This document shows positions 48,434-58,762 of a DNA stretch of 64,000 nt, piece after piece. The position numbers were made by a program, and so were the translations under genes. Source of the DNA: an uncultured Chloroflexia bacterium (GTDB taxonomy: Bacteria > Chloroflexota > UBA6077 > JACCZL01); NCBI GenBank assembly GCA_963765765.1, contig CAVXYC010000015.1:416001-480000 (forward strand). The letters are read 5' to 3'. The stretch's first letter is position 1, and every line of letters begins with the position of its first letter. Below the pieces are notes generated by a model that did no database searches, was not told where the DNA came from, and saw only the letters and a program-made list of their open reading frames with translations.

Positions 48434-49383
48434 CGTGCTGCCTCCACTCGATCACCACCCAGGAACCAGTCCGCTGTTACCCGCAATCCATCCGCAAAGT
48501 GAATCACCGGCTGGAAACCCAGCCTCTCACGCGCTTTACTGATGTCAGCCAGCGAGTGCTTGATGTCGCCAGGTCGTGGCTCACCAAGAATCGGATCAAT
48601 TGACGTGCCCAGGATGCCGTTGATCTCGGCCACGAGGTCCAGCAAGGTGAATCGCTCTCCGCACGCCAGGTTGAACACTTCTCCGCCAATATCCGGCGTG
48701 GTCGCGGCGCGGATATTCCCTTCAACCACGTTGGCGACATACGTGAAATCACGTGATTGCAGACCGTCGCCGTGGATCAGTGGCTGCTTGCCATCGGCCA
48801 TCAACCGGATGAATTTGGGAATCACCGCGGCATATTCCGATGTCGGATCCTGACGGGGGCCAAAGACGTTGAAATAGCGGAAGCAAACCGTTTCCAATCC
48901 AAAGAGGCGTGAGAAGACCTTGCAGTAGTATTCCCCCGTAATCTTGGAGACGGCATACGGCGAGAGTGGATTCGGAATCATCCCCTCGTGTTTGGGCAGC
49001 TCGGGCGTATCGCCGTAGACTGACGATGACGACGCGTAGACTACGCGATGCACACCCGCTCGCTGCGCGGCCATGAGTACTTGTAGGGTCCCCGTCGTTC
49101 CAGACTCATGGCTCCCCATTGGGTCGGCAACCGAGCGCGGGACCGACGGCAGCGCGGCTTGATGAAAGACCACGTCCCTGCCTTTCATCGCCTGATCGAG
49201 CGCATCTGGATCGCAGATATCGCCGTTGATCAAATCCACGTCGTCCACGATGTCCACGAGATTCTTTTCATGGCCCGTCGATAGGTTGTCCAGGACGCGG
49301 ATGTTGACACCCATTTCCAGCAAACGCTGGGCGATATTGGAGCCGATGAATCCAGCGCCACCGGTAATAAGAGCCGATTTCAT
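48430..49383 (-). CDS. UDP-GlcNAc(A) 4-epimerase-like SDR (WbpP/TviC family)
   Basis: Motifs TGGAGFIGS, HQAALPSVPRS, ASSSSVYG, SPYAVSK, RYFNVFGPRQDP, GDGLQSRDFTYV. Confidence 0.9.
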   Translation of the reverse strand: MKSALITGGAGFIGSNIAQRLLEMGVNIRVLDNLSTGHEKNLVDIVDDVDLINGDICDPDALDQAMKGRDVVFHQAALPSVPRSVADPMGSHESGTTGTLQVLMAAQRAGVHRVVYASSSSVYGDTPELPKHEGMIPNPLSPYAVSKITGEYYCKVFSRLFGLETVCFRYFNVFGPRQDPTSEYAAVIPKFIRLMADGKQPLIHGDGLQSRDFTYVANVVEGNIRAATTPDIGGEVFNLACGERFTLLDLVAEINGILGTSIDPILGEPRPGDIKHSLADISKARERLGFQPVIHFADGLRVTADWFLGGDRVEAAR

Positions 49384-50801
49384 GTACCTAAGTTGACCTC
49401 AGAGCGATTGACCATTGCACGTCGCCGCGCCAGCAGCCAGGTCAGGCCGATTCCCGCCGCAATGAACGTTGTAGGCATAAGCATAGATCGGTGCCGGAAG
49501 ATCGTGCCGACGTTGCCTTCCACGAGTGCCAGAACGAAGATGAGCCCAGCGGTGAACAGAAGCGGTAAGAAGAGTCGCCGCCAGTCGCGTTTGATGGTTG
49601 CAACGATTCCGACCGTGGCTAGTGCCAGCATGGCGTACCAGCCCACCATCTCAGGGATGGTTGGAAGATCCTTGAGGCGTTTCGCGGTCCAGGGGAACGG
49701 CGCACCGATGACGCTGCTGAGACCGATGGGCAGATTCTCAAGCTGATATAGGTACGGATTGACGCCCCTGGGCGGCTTGGGTAGCTCGATGCCCGTCTCA
49801 GCCTTCTCGGAGATGAGGACGCGGTTGCTCATCGTGGCTTCCATCTGTTTGACGGTCAGAAAACGCCAGCCGCCCCAATGGGTGCCAAGCGTCAGAAACA
49901 GGGTGGCCGCGGTAAACGCCACAAAATACGCCAGCTTCCGAGGAAACTCACTGCGATTCAACACCAGGAACGTGAGTGGCATTAGGAGGCCCAGTAAGAA
50001 GAACACATACAGGCGAAGGTTCTCGGTGAAGCTGAAGAGAAAGAGCACGGCGGACGCTATGCCGATCGAAAATAGATCTCGCCCACCAAACGGTCCCCGC
50101 GCCGTGGTCGCCATTTCAGCAAATAAAAGCATTCCGTGGATCACGAGGACACTAAGCAAGAGCACCCAGGTGTCCTTCAAATTAAGGGCTGACCAGAAGA
50201 CGAGCGATGGGAAGATCGACATGGCGATTCCCGTCAGCCGCGCCCCCGCGGTGCTCGTGAAGTACAGTGCCAGCCGGAATGTCGCGACGCTCGTGAGCGC
50301 GCCGACGAGTGCATTGATCCACTTGGCCGCCAGAAGCTCATGTCCGATCCAGTTGTAGAGGCCGGCCAGAAGATAGGTGTAATTCACCAGTAAGTAGTTA
50401 TCTGACTTGTGGATACCCTCACGGTCACCGCGCCAGACTTCCACCACTCGCCACGCAATCTCGTCGTACGCGCGATCGTCTTCAAAGAGGAAGCCGTTCG
50501 TACTCGCCAGGGCAACCTGGCCCACCGCTCCTGCCAGCAATCGAACGCCCATAGAGCCGAGGTAGATAGTAATCGCGAAGTCTCGTTCCGGACCTTGCCA
50601 CAGTAGTCCAACGACCGCCCAGCCAGCTACGAGCACGAGAATGCCGATGAGAACGCTCGCGAACGTCCCCTGCCAGATCGCGACACCAAACCCGGCGACC
50701 GCTGCCGCAAGACTTGCCGCACGCACCCAGGTGTGCCAGGAGCCGCCCTCGGCGGCGTGCACGCTCCAGATGCGGTTGATGGCGAGGGTCGCGGTGCTCA
50801 A
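49380..50801 (-). CDS. Polytopic membrane protein, Wzy-like/GT-C-like polymerase candidate
   Basis: Many TM segments; motifs FEDDRAY, PSLVFWSALNLKD, PFPW, GNVGTIFRHR. Confidence 0.6.
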   Translation of the reverse strand: MSTATLAINRIWSVHAAEGGSWHTWVRAASLAAAVAGFGVAIWQGTFASVLIGILVLVAGWAVVGLLWQGPERDFAITIYLGSMGVRLLAGAVGQVALASTNGFLFEDDRAYDEIAWRVVEVWRGDREGIHKSDNYLLVNYTYLLAGLYNWIGHELLAAKWINALVGALTSVATFRLALYFTSTAGARLTGIAMSIFPSLVFWSALNLKDTWVLLLSVLVIHGMLLFAEMATTARGPFGGRDLFSIGIASAVLFLFSFTENLRLYVFFLLGLLMPLTFLVLNRSEFPRKLAYFVAFTAATLFLTLGTHWGGWRFLTVKQMEATMSNRVLISEKAETGIELPKPPRGVNPYLYQLENLPIGLSSVIGAPFPWTAKRLKDLPTIPEMVGWYAMLALATVGIVATIKRDWRRLFLPLLFTAGLIFVLALVEGNVGTIFRHRSMLMPTTFIAAGIGLTWLLARRRAMVNRSEVNLGT

Positions 50802-50839
50802 GCTGGCCTATTTCCCGTGTTGCGTTCCATTGTCGTTGT

Positions 50840-50922
50840 CCCGGGACCGCGGGCGTCCCGGTTCGTCGCGACCAGTGACTTGAGGACAGGCGGGTCTCAT
50901 CGGGACGCCCGCGGTCCCAGGA
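50840..50922. repeat. REP-like inverted repeat, family 2
   Basis: CCGGGACCGCGGGCGTCCCG ... CGGGACGCCCGCGGTCCCAGG, immediately after the asnB stop. Confidence 0.85.
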
Positions 50923-50926
50923 TCTG

Positions 50927-52837
50927 TCACGCTGCCACGCATGTGGCTGAGGTTTTGGCGGTATCGATGAATGCCTGGTGCCAGAGCTCGAGAATCAACA
51001 GCGCCCACAGACGCGGGGCATAGTCTGCCCGACCTTCTACGTGCTCATCAACCATCCGATGAATGGCATCTGGCTGAAAGTATCCGCGCGCAATTGCCCG
51101 GTCGCTCAGCAGCACTTCCTGAGTCATCGGCCGCAGCTCACCTCGAAACCATCGCGCGAGCGGTACGCCGAAGCCCGACTTTTTCCGATTCAGGATTGCC
51201 AACGGAATTCGACGCTCCATCGCCCGCTTGAGCAAGTACTTCGATCGTCCGCCACGAATTTTGAGGTCAAGGGGAAGCCGTGCTGCGAATTCAGCAATTC
51301 GATAGTCGAGAAATGGAGAGCGTCCCTCAAGCGAGTTGGCCATAGTGGCGATATCGACCTTCACCAGAAGGTCATCGGGCAGATAGGAAGCCACGTCCAA
51401 TTTCATGGCCACATCGGCCACGTTGAGGGTGCCGGGGTTGCGAAATGGATTGCTAAGACGCTCGTCGGCGCGATTCTCGACGACGGTGCTCTTGAACCAG
51501 TCGCTGTAGCACGCGCCTTTTTCATCCGCGGGTAGGATGCCCATCCAGCGGGCATATTGTTCCCCCGGGGGAGCGGCCACACCACCGAGAAAGCGGCGTG
51601 CGCGTCCGGGAATGGTGCGCTGTCCGGCCGCGGCGGGGAAAAGCTCGGAAGCGCGGCGATACGCGTCATTCGGAAGCGGAATTCGTTGCCGTGTGGCTTG
51701 AGCCAATATCAGCGCACGGTAGCGATCGTAGCCACCGAACATCTCGTCGCCACCATCGCCGTTGAGCGCCACGGTGACAAATTGTCTAGTGACCCTTGCG
51801 AGCTCAAATGTCGGCAGCGCCGATGAGTCGGCATACGGTTCGCCATAATGTTGAACGAGCCGCGGCAGCATCTCCGTGGCGCTCGGATCTACGATGAACT
51901 CGTGGTGCTCAGTACCGTAACGCTGCGCGACCAGGCGAGCTAGTGGCAGCTCGTTGTAAGCGGCGTCTCTAAATCCTATGGAAAATGTCTTCACGCGGTC
52001 ATGCCCCGCTTCCGCCATGGCCGCCACAACTGACGCCGAGTCGATGCCGCCACTGAGGAAGGCGCCCAGGGGCACGTCCGAAATCAGCCGCAATCGCACT
52101 GCATCCTCGAACAATGCATCGAACTGATCGATGGCCTCGCCCTCAGTGATTGCTAATTTAGGCTCAAACTCCAGCGACCAGTATTGACGTATGCGCGCCT
52201 CGCCACGCTCCCAGACGAGCATGTGACCCGGGGGTAACTTACGGATCTGACGAAATCCAGTTCGGGGCGACGGTACATATCCGAGCGTCAGGTAGTCATC
52301 AATCGCCTGAGGATCGATCTCACGATGCACTAACGGATGCTGAAGCACGGCGCGGAACTCCGAGCCGAAGACCAGCGTATCCGCCTCTTGAACGATCAAA
52401 AGGGGTTTCTTGCCAAGCCGGTCTCGAGCAAGCACCAGTCGCTGACGGGGTTCGTCCCACAGGGCCAGCGCAAACATGCCGTTCAAGCGATCCAGGAAGT
52501 CTTCTCCCCAGGCCAGATAGCTCTGCACGACCACTTCGGTGTCACCCTGCGTATGGAACTGATGTCCCATGCGCTCGAGCTCGGCGCGAACGTCCTGAAA
52601 GTTGTAGATCTCACCGTTGAAGACGATGGTGATCTGACCATCAGCGGATCGGACCGGCTGATCGCCCGTGGTGAGGTCGATGATCGAGAGTCGTCGAGCA
52701 CCTAGTGCTACCTGATGTCCGATGAACGTACCTTCGCTATCCGGCCCACGGTGATGAATCGCGTCGCACATTCGATGCAACAGCGATTCATCCGGTCGAT
52801 CCGTCGCGCAGCTCACCCAACCGGCGATCCCGCACAT
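50927..52837 (-). CDS. asnB: Asparagine synthase-like glutamine amidotransferase (polysaccharide-associated)
   Basis: N-terminal MCGIAG at 52837 (TAATG overlap); motifs HRGPD, RRLSIID, FNGEIYN, LSGGIDS, GDGGDE, LEGRSPFLD. Confidence 0.93.
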   Translation of the reverse strand: MCGIAGWVSCATDRPDESLLHRMCDAIHHRGPDSEGTFIGHQVALGARRLSIIDLTTGDQPVRSADGQITIVFNGEIYNFQDVRAELERMGHQFHTQGDTEVVVQSYLAWGEDFLDRLNGMFALALWDEPRQRLVLARDRLGKKPLLIVQEADTLVFGSEFRAVLQHPLVHREIDPQAIDDYLTLGYVPSPRTGFRQIRKLPPGHMLVWERGEARIRQYWSLEFEPKLAITEGEAIDQFDALFEDAVRLRLISDVPLGAFLSGGIDSASVVAAMAEAGHDRVKTFSIGFRDAAYNELPLARLVAQRYGTEHHEFIVDPSATEMLPRLVQHYGEPYADSSALPTFELARVTRQFVTVALNGDGGDEMFGGYDRYRALILAQATRQRIPLPNDAYRRASELFPAAAGQRTIPGRARRFLGGVAAPPGEQYARWMGILPADEKGACYSDWFKSTVVENRADERLSNPFRNPGTLNVADVAMKLDVASYLPDDLLVKVDIATMANSLEGRSPFLDYRIAEFAARLPLDLKIRGGRSKYLLKRAMERRIPLAILNRKKSGFGVPLARWFRGELRPMTQEVLLSDRAIARGYFQPDAIHRMVDEHVEGRADYAPRLWALLILELWHQAFIDTAKTSATCVAA

Positions 52838-53724
52838 TAGACAGCGACCTGTGCTGGTTTCGCCAAGACTGCGAGATCCATGGCCAAGGGGCCAAATCGG
52901 CGGGTGGTAGCGAACTCGAGCTGAGCTGCTATATGCCCCAGCGATCGGGCTGCTTTCTTCCACGCGGCGCCATCCTGGATTGGGCGAGGAACGAAGTAAT
53001 CATCCACCCTGAATCCGGACCTGTTTAGCGTTCTGCGCAAGGTGCTCAAACTGTAATGTGCCACATGCTCCTTGGCGTCAAAGATCTCGACCTGAAGCCC
53101 CAGGGCGGCTGCCACTTTGAATTTGGCGACGTAGTACGCGACGTTGGGGACTTTGATAAATAGCACGCCGTTTGGCTTCATCACTCGACGAATCTCTTGC
53201 AGTAGCGTCGATGGCTGGTCGATGTGCTCGAATACGTCCACCAGCGTCACCACGTCAAACGACTGGTCAGGAAACGCGGCCTCGCTCAGTGTGCCCTGTA
53301 CGATGTTCAGGCCAAAGTACTCTCGAGCTAGCTCACATGCATTTTGAGAGGGCTCAACGCCAGTGAGCTCCCAGCTCATTCCGCGCGCTCGCCGTAGAAA
53401 AAAACCGCAATGGCTCCCCACATCCAGGAGTCGACCAGCAGGTTTGATCTCCGCGATGACACGCAGTTCCTGATCGTAATTGGCATCGCGATTGTGCCCG
53501 GCTTCGCCCCTCAGAATGGATCCGTACTTCCGCATGATCGATTCAGGCTCGCCCAGGTAATGGTCCTGGGGATGGGCCAAGCGGGGAGATGTGAAAACAA
53601 GTCGACAGCGCTGACACTGCGCGATGCCGAGCGGTCCTTCAGAGGCAAGTAAACGGCGGCGATCGGCGCCGCACGCCGGGCATGCGACCTCAATCAATGT
53701 GTCCGCGGCGACAAGTGTACTCAC
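52837..53724 (-). CDS. Class I SAM-dependent methyltransferase with N-terminal zinc ribbon
   Basis: Motifs CPAC...CQRC, LLDVGSHCGFF, DVFEH, IKVPN. Confidence 0.88.
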   Translation of the reverse strand: MSTLVAADTLIEVACPACGADRRRLLASEGPLGIAQCQRCRLVFTSPRLAHPQDHYLGEPESIMRKYGSILRGEAGHNRDANYDQELRVIAEIKPAGRLLDVGSHCGFFLRRARGMSWELTGVEPSQNACELAREYFGLNIVQGTLSEAAFPDQSFDVVTLVDVFEHIDQPSTLLQEIRRVMKPNGVLFIKVPNVAYYVAKFKVAAALGLQVEIFDAKEHVAHYSLSTLRRTLNRSGFRVDDYFVPRPIQDGAAWKKAARSLGHIAAQLEFATTRRFGPLAMDLAVLAKPAQVAV

Positions 53725-54857
53725 GCGACGCGTTCTCCCGCGGCTGCTGGCGCAAGCTCATCGTAGAGACGCTCGAAGTGGCCAACCATCGTAGAAAGGC
53801 TGAAATTACTTTCCACACGCTCGCGACCGGCTCTGCCCATGACAAAGGCCGCATCGGGATTCTGGAGGAGGTTCTGGATCGCCTGGGCCAGCGCGGCTGC
53901 ATTGCCCGGCGGAACGAGCCGGCCGGTTTGTCCATCAAGCACGATCTCCGGAATCGGGCCGACGCTGGAGGCCACCACCGGTAATCCAAGCGCCATCGCC
54001 TCGATGAGCACGAGGCCAAAACCTTCCCATAGCGACGGTAGCAGGAAAAGGTCTACGTCTTCCGTGAGCACGGCGATATCAGCGCGAAAGCCAAGGAATG
54101 TGACGTGCTCTCCGATTCCGAGCTGCCTGGCGTAGTTTGAAAGCTCAGCGATGGTCAGATCGTCCTCGTGTCCGATCACAAATAGGTGGACGTTAGGAAT
54201 AGCAGCCGCTACCAGTTTGACCGCTTCCAGAAGCGTATGATGGCCCTTCTGCGATGCCAGGCGCGCAACGATCGCCAGCTTGTTGGTGCGGGGCTGTTGT
54301 GCTCGGTGATACGGATACTCGGCCGTGTCGATGCCGTAGTAGATCCGCTCAACTGGCGCAGCGTCGGAACCGAGCCGATCGCGTGCGAATTCAGTGACCG
54401 CGTCCGAGATGGAGATGATTCGGTCCATCTTGGATGCGCTCCACGCGCCAAGTCGTCGCAGCACCGGGTGATCGTACAGCGGGTCGGTGTTGTGGATGCT
54501 ACGGATAAGCCGGGGCCGCGGGTTGGCTGACCCGGCCCAGAAGGCCGCTCCAAGCTCTGCTCGCAGTGAGTGCGTGTGCACAATGTCGAATTGATGGCGT
54601 CGCATCAATTCACCCAGCCGCCAGAACGCGCCCGGATCATTGCGTCCCCGTGCTGCGAGATCGATGGTGGTCACGCCAGCCTTCCGGAAATCGTCGACCA
54701 TGACATGAGCGGAATCGGGCTGCTCTTCAAAATAGGCCAGCCAGGCCTCGTACCGGTCAGCGGGCAAATGCCGAAGCAACGTGAGCACATGCTGCTCACA
54801 ACCACCCACCGTACAGCAGGAGGTGACATGCAGCACACGCTTGCGTTCGGCGATCAC
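53721..54857 (-). CDS. Glycosyltransferase family 4
   Basis: Motifs GGCE, IVHTH, ARLASQKGH, EGFGLVLIEAMA. Confidence 0.9.
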   Translation of the reverse strand: MIAERKRVLHVTSCCTVGGCEQHVLTLLRHLPADRYEAWLAYFEEQPDSAHVMVDDFRKAGVTTIDLAARGRNDPGAFWRLGELMRRHQFDIVHTHSLRAELGAAFWAGSANPRPRLIRSIHNTDPLYDHPVLRRLGAWSASKMDRIISISDAVTEFARDRLGSDAAPVERIYYGIDTAEYPYHRAQQPRTNKLAIVARLASQKGHHTLLEAVKLVAAAIPNVHLFVIGHEDDLTIAELSNYARQLGIGEHVTFLGFRADIAVLTEDVDLFLLPSLWEGFGLVLIEAMALGLPVVASSVGPIPEIVLDGQTGRLVPPGNAAALAQAIQNLLQNPDAAFVMGRAGRERVESNFSLSTMVGHFERLYDELAPAAAGERVA

Positions 54858-55754
54858 GCGAGGGCGGCGCTCAGCGAACGATAGCTGATGGGCTGAATCC
54901 CCTCGTCACTAATGAGCTGCCGCAGGTACTTGCTCGTCAAGACGCGAATCTCGTCTTCCCGCCAGAGAGCCGCTTTACGCCCCCCATCCAGGAATACTTC
55001 GAGGCGGTCATCGCTGAACCCGCAATGGGCCATCAGCTCGGTGACGCCCTCCTGCGTGTTCTTCAGGTCGAACGCGAGCGCCTCACCCAGATTAGGGTTG
55101 CGCCGCATGCTATTGAACGTGCTCAAGAAGTAGTCACTGGTTGGAATCTGCCACGATCTCAGCCATGCTCGATACCGGCGTGCAAGTCCGTTGATGACCT
55201 GGTGTTTGAAGTACGCCTCGCTCATCACATAGCGCTTGTAAAGGCTGGACGAAGAGAACGCACCCTGCGGCATCGCCTCATCCTGGAGTCGAACGGGTAG
55301 ACCGGTGCTCGCGAGCAAGCGGCAGAAGTACTCGGAAGATCGACGGGTGCATGTAGATCGACTCGTGACTGTCTAGGTGGCTCGGCACAATTCCAGCCTT
55401 GATGACCTTGTCCACCTGCGCGCGGAACTCCGCCGCCACCTCCGAAAGCTCGATCTTGCCCAGGAGCAAACGTCGCAGAAATGGCGCGCGCCGATAGAAC
55501 TGACCATGTTCACTTACCAGTGAGGGCACACGCTCTGGTGGAAGGATTGGACCGCCGTAAGTGATGTTCAGATGAACGCCCACGGCCAGGTCGTCATGCT
55601 CACGAGCGAGCTCGACTGCATCGTCGAAGGCCCACATGTTAGGGAGCATGGTCGTATCCGTCACGATGCCGTACTTGTGGGCCTGAATGATCCCCTCGTT
55701 GATTCCTTCGGTCAGGCCGAACTCGTCAACGTTTACGATCAGCCATCGCTTCAT
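54854..55754 (-). CDS. ChbG/HpnK/YdjC-family carbohydrate deacetylase (frameshift near 55300)
   Basis: Motifs LIVNVDEFG, GVHLN, PSHLDSH; second frame TELMAHCG, REDEIRVL. Confidence 0.85.
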
Positions 55755-56869
55755 CTCGGGGCTCCTTCGGTCAGCGTTTCGATGGCTGTCGCCATGTGGT
55801 TCAACTGTGGATGGGTCAGGCTCTGGTGAACGGGCATGATCAGAATCTCTCGTGAGAGCTTGTGTGCGTCCGGGAACTCATCTTCAGTTACTTCGCGCGG
55901 AAGTCGCTCCCAGTAAGCGCGGACGTTGATTCCCCGCTGAAGGAAGTGACGTCGCGCGTGCTCGCGATTCTGACACAGCACTGGAAGTCCGAGCGGGCAC
56001 ACCCCATCATTGAGTGTAGGAACCAACGAGCGTAAGTATGGCTGGGAAGCTACAGCTTTGGCGAGCCGGTCAAAGTTCTCGCGGCGCCGGGCACGAACGA
56101 GCTCGCCATTCGTCCGCTCCAGCAGCTGATAGCTGAAATCCGAGCCAGATTCTCGTCGAAAGTCGGGACTGCGATCGCGATCCTGGATCGATTCCCGCAG
56201 ATCGCCGCGCATCAGGAGCGAAAGCCGAGGGGACCAACCAACAATCGTTTCGAGCGTCGGCAGCATACGATAGGCCATGCGCGCGGCAAGTGCCTGCGGT
56301 CGGTGCTCCTGCAGTGGCTCGGGGCGCACCAGTCGACTGTCGTGAAGGGCGAGAATGCCGCCATCTGGGAGTGGCAGTGACTTCCAAGGGCTGTAGATCG
56401 CCGCGTGTCCTTGATGCCCGAGAGGCGCCGTTCCATTGAAGCTAAAGAGGGCATGGGCGCAATCCTCGATGAGCCAGAGCCCCCGCTCATCGCACAGACA
56501 TCTGATCTCATCAAGGGCCGTTGGAACACCGTAGTAGTGCGGAACGACGACCGCCGCGCTGTTCGGCGTGAGCGATGAGCGGATTCGCTCAGCGTCGATC
56601 TCCAGTGATGGACCCGTGGCGTAGAAGCGCGGCAATGCGCCAACCGCTTCGATCGGACCGAGTACAGAGTCGCAGATAAATGACGGTAATAGAACATCGT
56701 GCTGCGCCCCCACGCCCATTGAGTTGAGTGCCCCCCATAGCGCAATACGGCCGCGGGCGTAGTACGGCGCCCCGTAGGGAATCTGCCGCTTGAGGAGCGA
56801 ATTGTCCTCCTGGACGTAGGGGCTGAAGAGCTCGGCTCTGGTCAGAATTGGATCGGCTGCAACGTACAC
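55751..56869 (-). CDS. DegT/DnrJ/EryC1/StrS-like PLP-dependent aminotransferase
   Basis: Motifs HYYG, LIEDCAHA, YSPWKSLPLPDGG, RRRENF, MPVHQ. Confidence 0.8.
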   Translation of the reverse strand: MYVAADPILTRAELFSPYVQEDNSLLKRQIPYGAPYYARGRIALWGALNSMGVGAQHDVLLPSFICDSVLGPIEAVGALPRFYATGPSLEIDAERIRSSLTPNSAAVVVPHYYGVPTALDEIRCLCDERGLWLIEDCAHALFSFNGTAPLGHQGHAAIYSPWKSLPLPDGGILALHDSRLVRPEPLQEHRPQALAARMAYRMLPTLETIVGWSPRLSLLMRGDLRESIQDRDRSPDFRRESGSDFSYQLLERTNGELVRARRRENFDRLAKAVASQPYLRSLVPTLNDGVCPLGLPVLCQNREHARRHFLQRGINVRAYWERLPREVTEDEFPDAHKLSREILIMPVHQSLTHPQLNHMATAIETLTEGAPR

Positions 56870-56875
56870 GAGGGG

Positions 56876-58021
56876 TCAGCGCTCTGACGAAGTGCCATTG
56901 AGTAGCGCCGAAAGGCCGTGGCGACGAATTGCCATGAGCCGTGGCGATTCTCGAACGCGATTCTTCAACGCATGGTACCCCAGCGTTTGGATGAGCCACA
57001 GTCGTCCTGTTCTACCGGGGCGAGCCGCGATGACCGTGTGGACGCGTTCCTGTCCCGTGGCCCAGACTGCCTTGTACGGCTCATCCCCGAGCATGAAATC
57101 GAAGCGTGTTGCGCCCTTTTCAGATGCGTACTCCATCAAGTGCACAAGCAGTAGCGTACTGGGCGCGTACGTCGGATATCCGGGGTGCCAGGCGGGTAAA
57201 TAGTAGCCGTACTCATTGGCGTGGCGAAGTCCAATGGCGGATGCGATCACCCGGTCGTTGAGCGTCAGTACGGCGAAGTCACCAAAGCTATTTCTGATAG
57301 CCGCCGGAATACTGGCGCGATAGAACGCTCTTCCGAGCGCTGATGAGGAGAACACTGTGCTCGTGCGCTGACCATGCCAGCGTCGAGCATGCAATGCCAT
57401 TGCTTCCTCGACGAGTCGCGGCGCCTCGTCGGCCGACGGATGCTCGTAGCGAACGATTCCGTGCTGACGCAGCCGACGCTCGCGAGATCGGATGTTGTAG
57501 CGAGCCTGCGAGCCGCGCGAGCGGTAGTACGCGTCAAATCCATCGGGCATGGACACGGATGGGCACACAAGGCCCGGTAGAAGCCGTGTAGTGAGCCCGT
57601 GATGCTCCATCCGTCTGGCGATGATCCGAGCGCTCGCTTCATCACGCCACCCCGGAAGCTCGAGGCCGATCCAATTGCGCTCAGATACGATCGAGTCAAC
57701 GAGCCTCTCCAGGACATCCTTCCGCAAGCCCGGCGTCTCCGGCACGAGCCAGTCTGTGTAGTCACTCACACCTTCTCCCGCCGGACGGAGCACCGCGCCA
57801 AGCGCGGTCGCACGCAGAGCCAGTGGCGCGACGCCCTGGAGCTCGGAACCGTTCTGAGCCATCGCCAGTAAGGGTTGACTGTCGCGGCCCAGCGAGTCCC
57901 ACCAGGGCGCAATCCATTCCGGATGGCTAAAGCCGATAGCGCTCGGAATCGCCGTCCAGAGTGCTCGCCAGGCCTCGTGCGTTGATTCAGCTTCCCGCTT
58001 CCGCAGGACCGTAACTGTCAC
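56876..58021 (-). CDS. GNAT acyltransferase, CelD/BcsL (Acetyltransf_6) type
   Basis: Motifs EWIAPWW, SDYTD, LHARRW, YAPSTLL, FDFMLGDEPYK. Confidence 0.85.
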   Translation of the reverse strand: MTVTVLRKREAESTHEAWRALWTAIPSAIGFSHPEWIAPWWDSLGRDSQPLLAMAQNGSELQGVAPLALRATALGAVLRPAGEGVSDYTDWLVPETPGLRKDVLERLVDSIVSERNWIGLELPGWRDEASARIIARRMEHHGLTTRLLPGLVCPSVSMPDGFDAYYRSRGSQARYNIRSRERRLRQHGIVRYEHPSADEAPRLVEEAMALHARRWHGQRTSTVFSSSALGRAFYRASIPAAIRNSFGDFAVLTLNDRVIASAIGLRHANEYGYYLPAWHPGYPTYAPSTLLLVHLMEYASEKGATRFDFMLGDEPYKAVWATGQERVHTVIAARPGRTGRLWLIQTLGYHALKNRVRESPRLMAIRRHGLSALLNGTSSER

Positions 58022-58762
58022 GTGTGTGACTCGCGTCGGCGAAACTTCGCTGCCAACACGCGTGCCAGCGGTCTGCCGAACGATCTACCGATACGTTCCA
58101 TTCGCAGATAAGTTTCGGTCGAGACCCGATTTCCCAATGGCGGGTAGGTATTGAAATACACCACCTTCTCGAGATCCAGCCCCGCCTGTGCGAAGTGCTG
58201 TCTGAGTCCAATGGGGCCCACGTGATAGACCTTGTCTCGTCGCTGATAGCGTGTCCAGATCCGCCAGCCCGCCCCGGGGTTCAGCACGGTGTTGTAGATG
58301 CTCAGGTTTCGGAAGTCGATGATCGCGACACCACCCGGACGGAGGACTCGCGCTACCTCGCGCTCCGCGCCCTCGTACGATGCCGCGCTGGCATATCCGA
58401 AACTGATGACCGCGTCGAATGAGGCATCCTTGAATCCGAGGTGGTAACAGTCACCTCGAACGCTCTGAATATGGCTCGAGAGGCCCGCGGCCTGAACGGC
58501 TGACTGCGCGGTCGAGACGGCTCGCTCCGAAAGGTCGACTGCTGCGATTGAAGCATTCAACCTCTGGCTTACCATGACGGCCACCTCACCCAGGCCGCAG
58601 CCGAGATCGAGTATTCGATCCACGCATTCTTCACGCAATAGATCCACGGCGAGACTCGCGGAGATAGTGAGGGTGGCCCGTGCGCGCATTGTCCGCGGTG
58701 GGGTGAGTCCAGAATTGATCCCAGAACGTCGATGTTCGGCGATCCAGGTCAGCGTTGGTCAA
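58018..58762 (-). CDS. Class I SAM-dependent methyltransferase (probable frameshift near 58685)
   Basis: Motifs ILDLGCGLGE, FKDASFDAV, RVLRPGG. A plausible N-terminus (TTG 58762, ...STFWDQFW...) lies in another frame and overlaps the upstream stop. Confidence 0.8.

Noticed and set aside
52838-52963. N-terminal extension of AsnB in the ORF track
   Set aside because: Ntn amidotransferases need Cys at position 2; the MCG start at 52837 overlaps the upstream stop.
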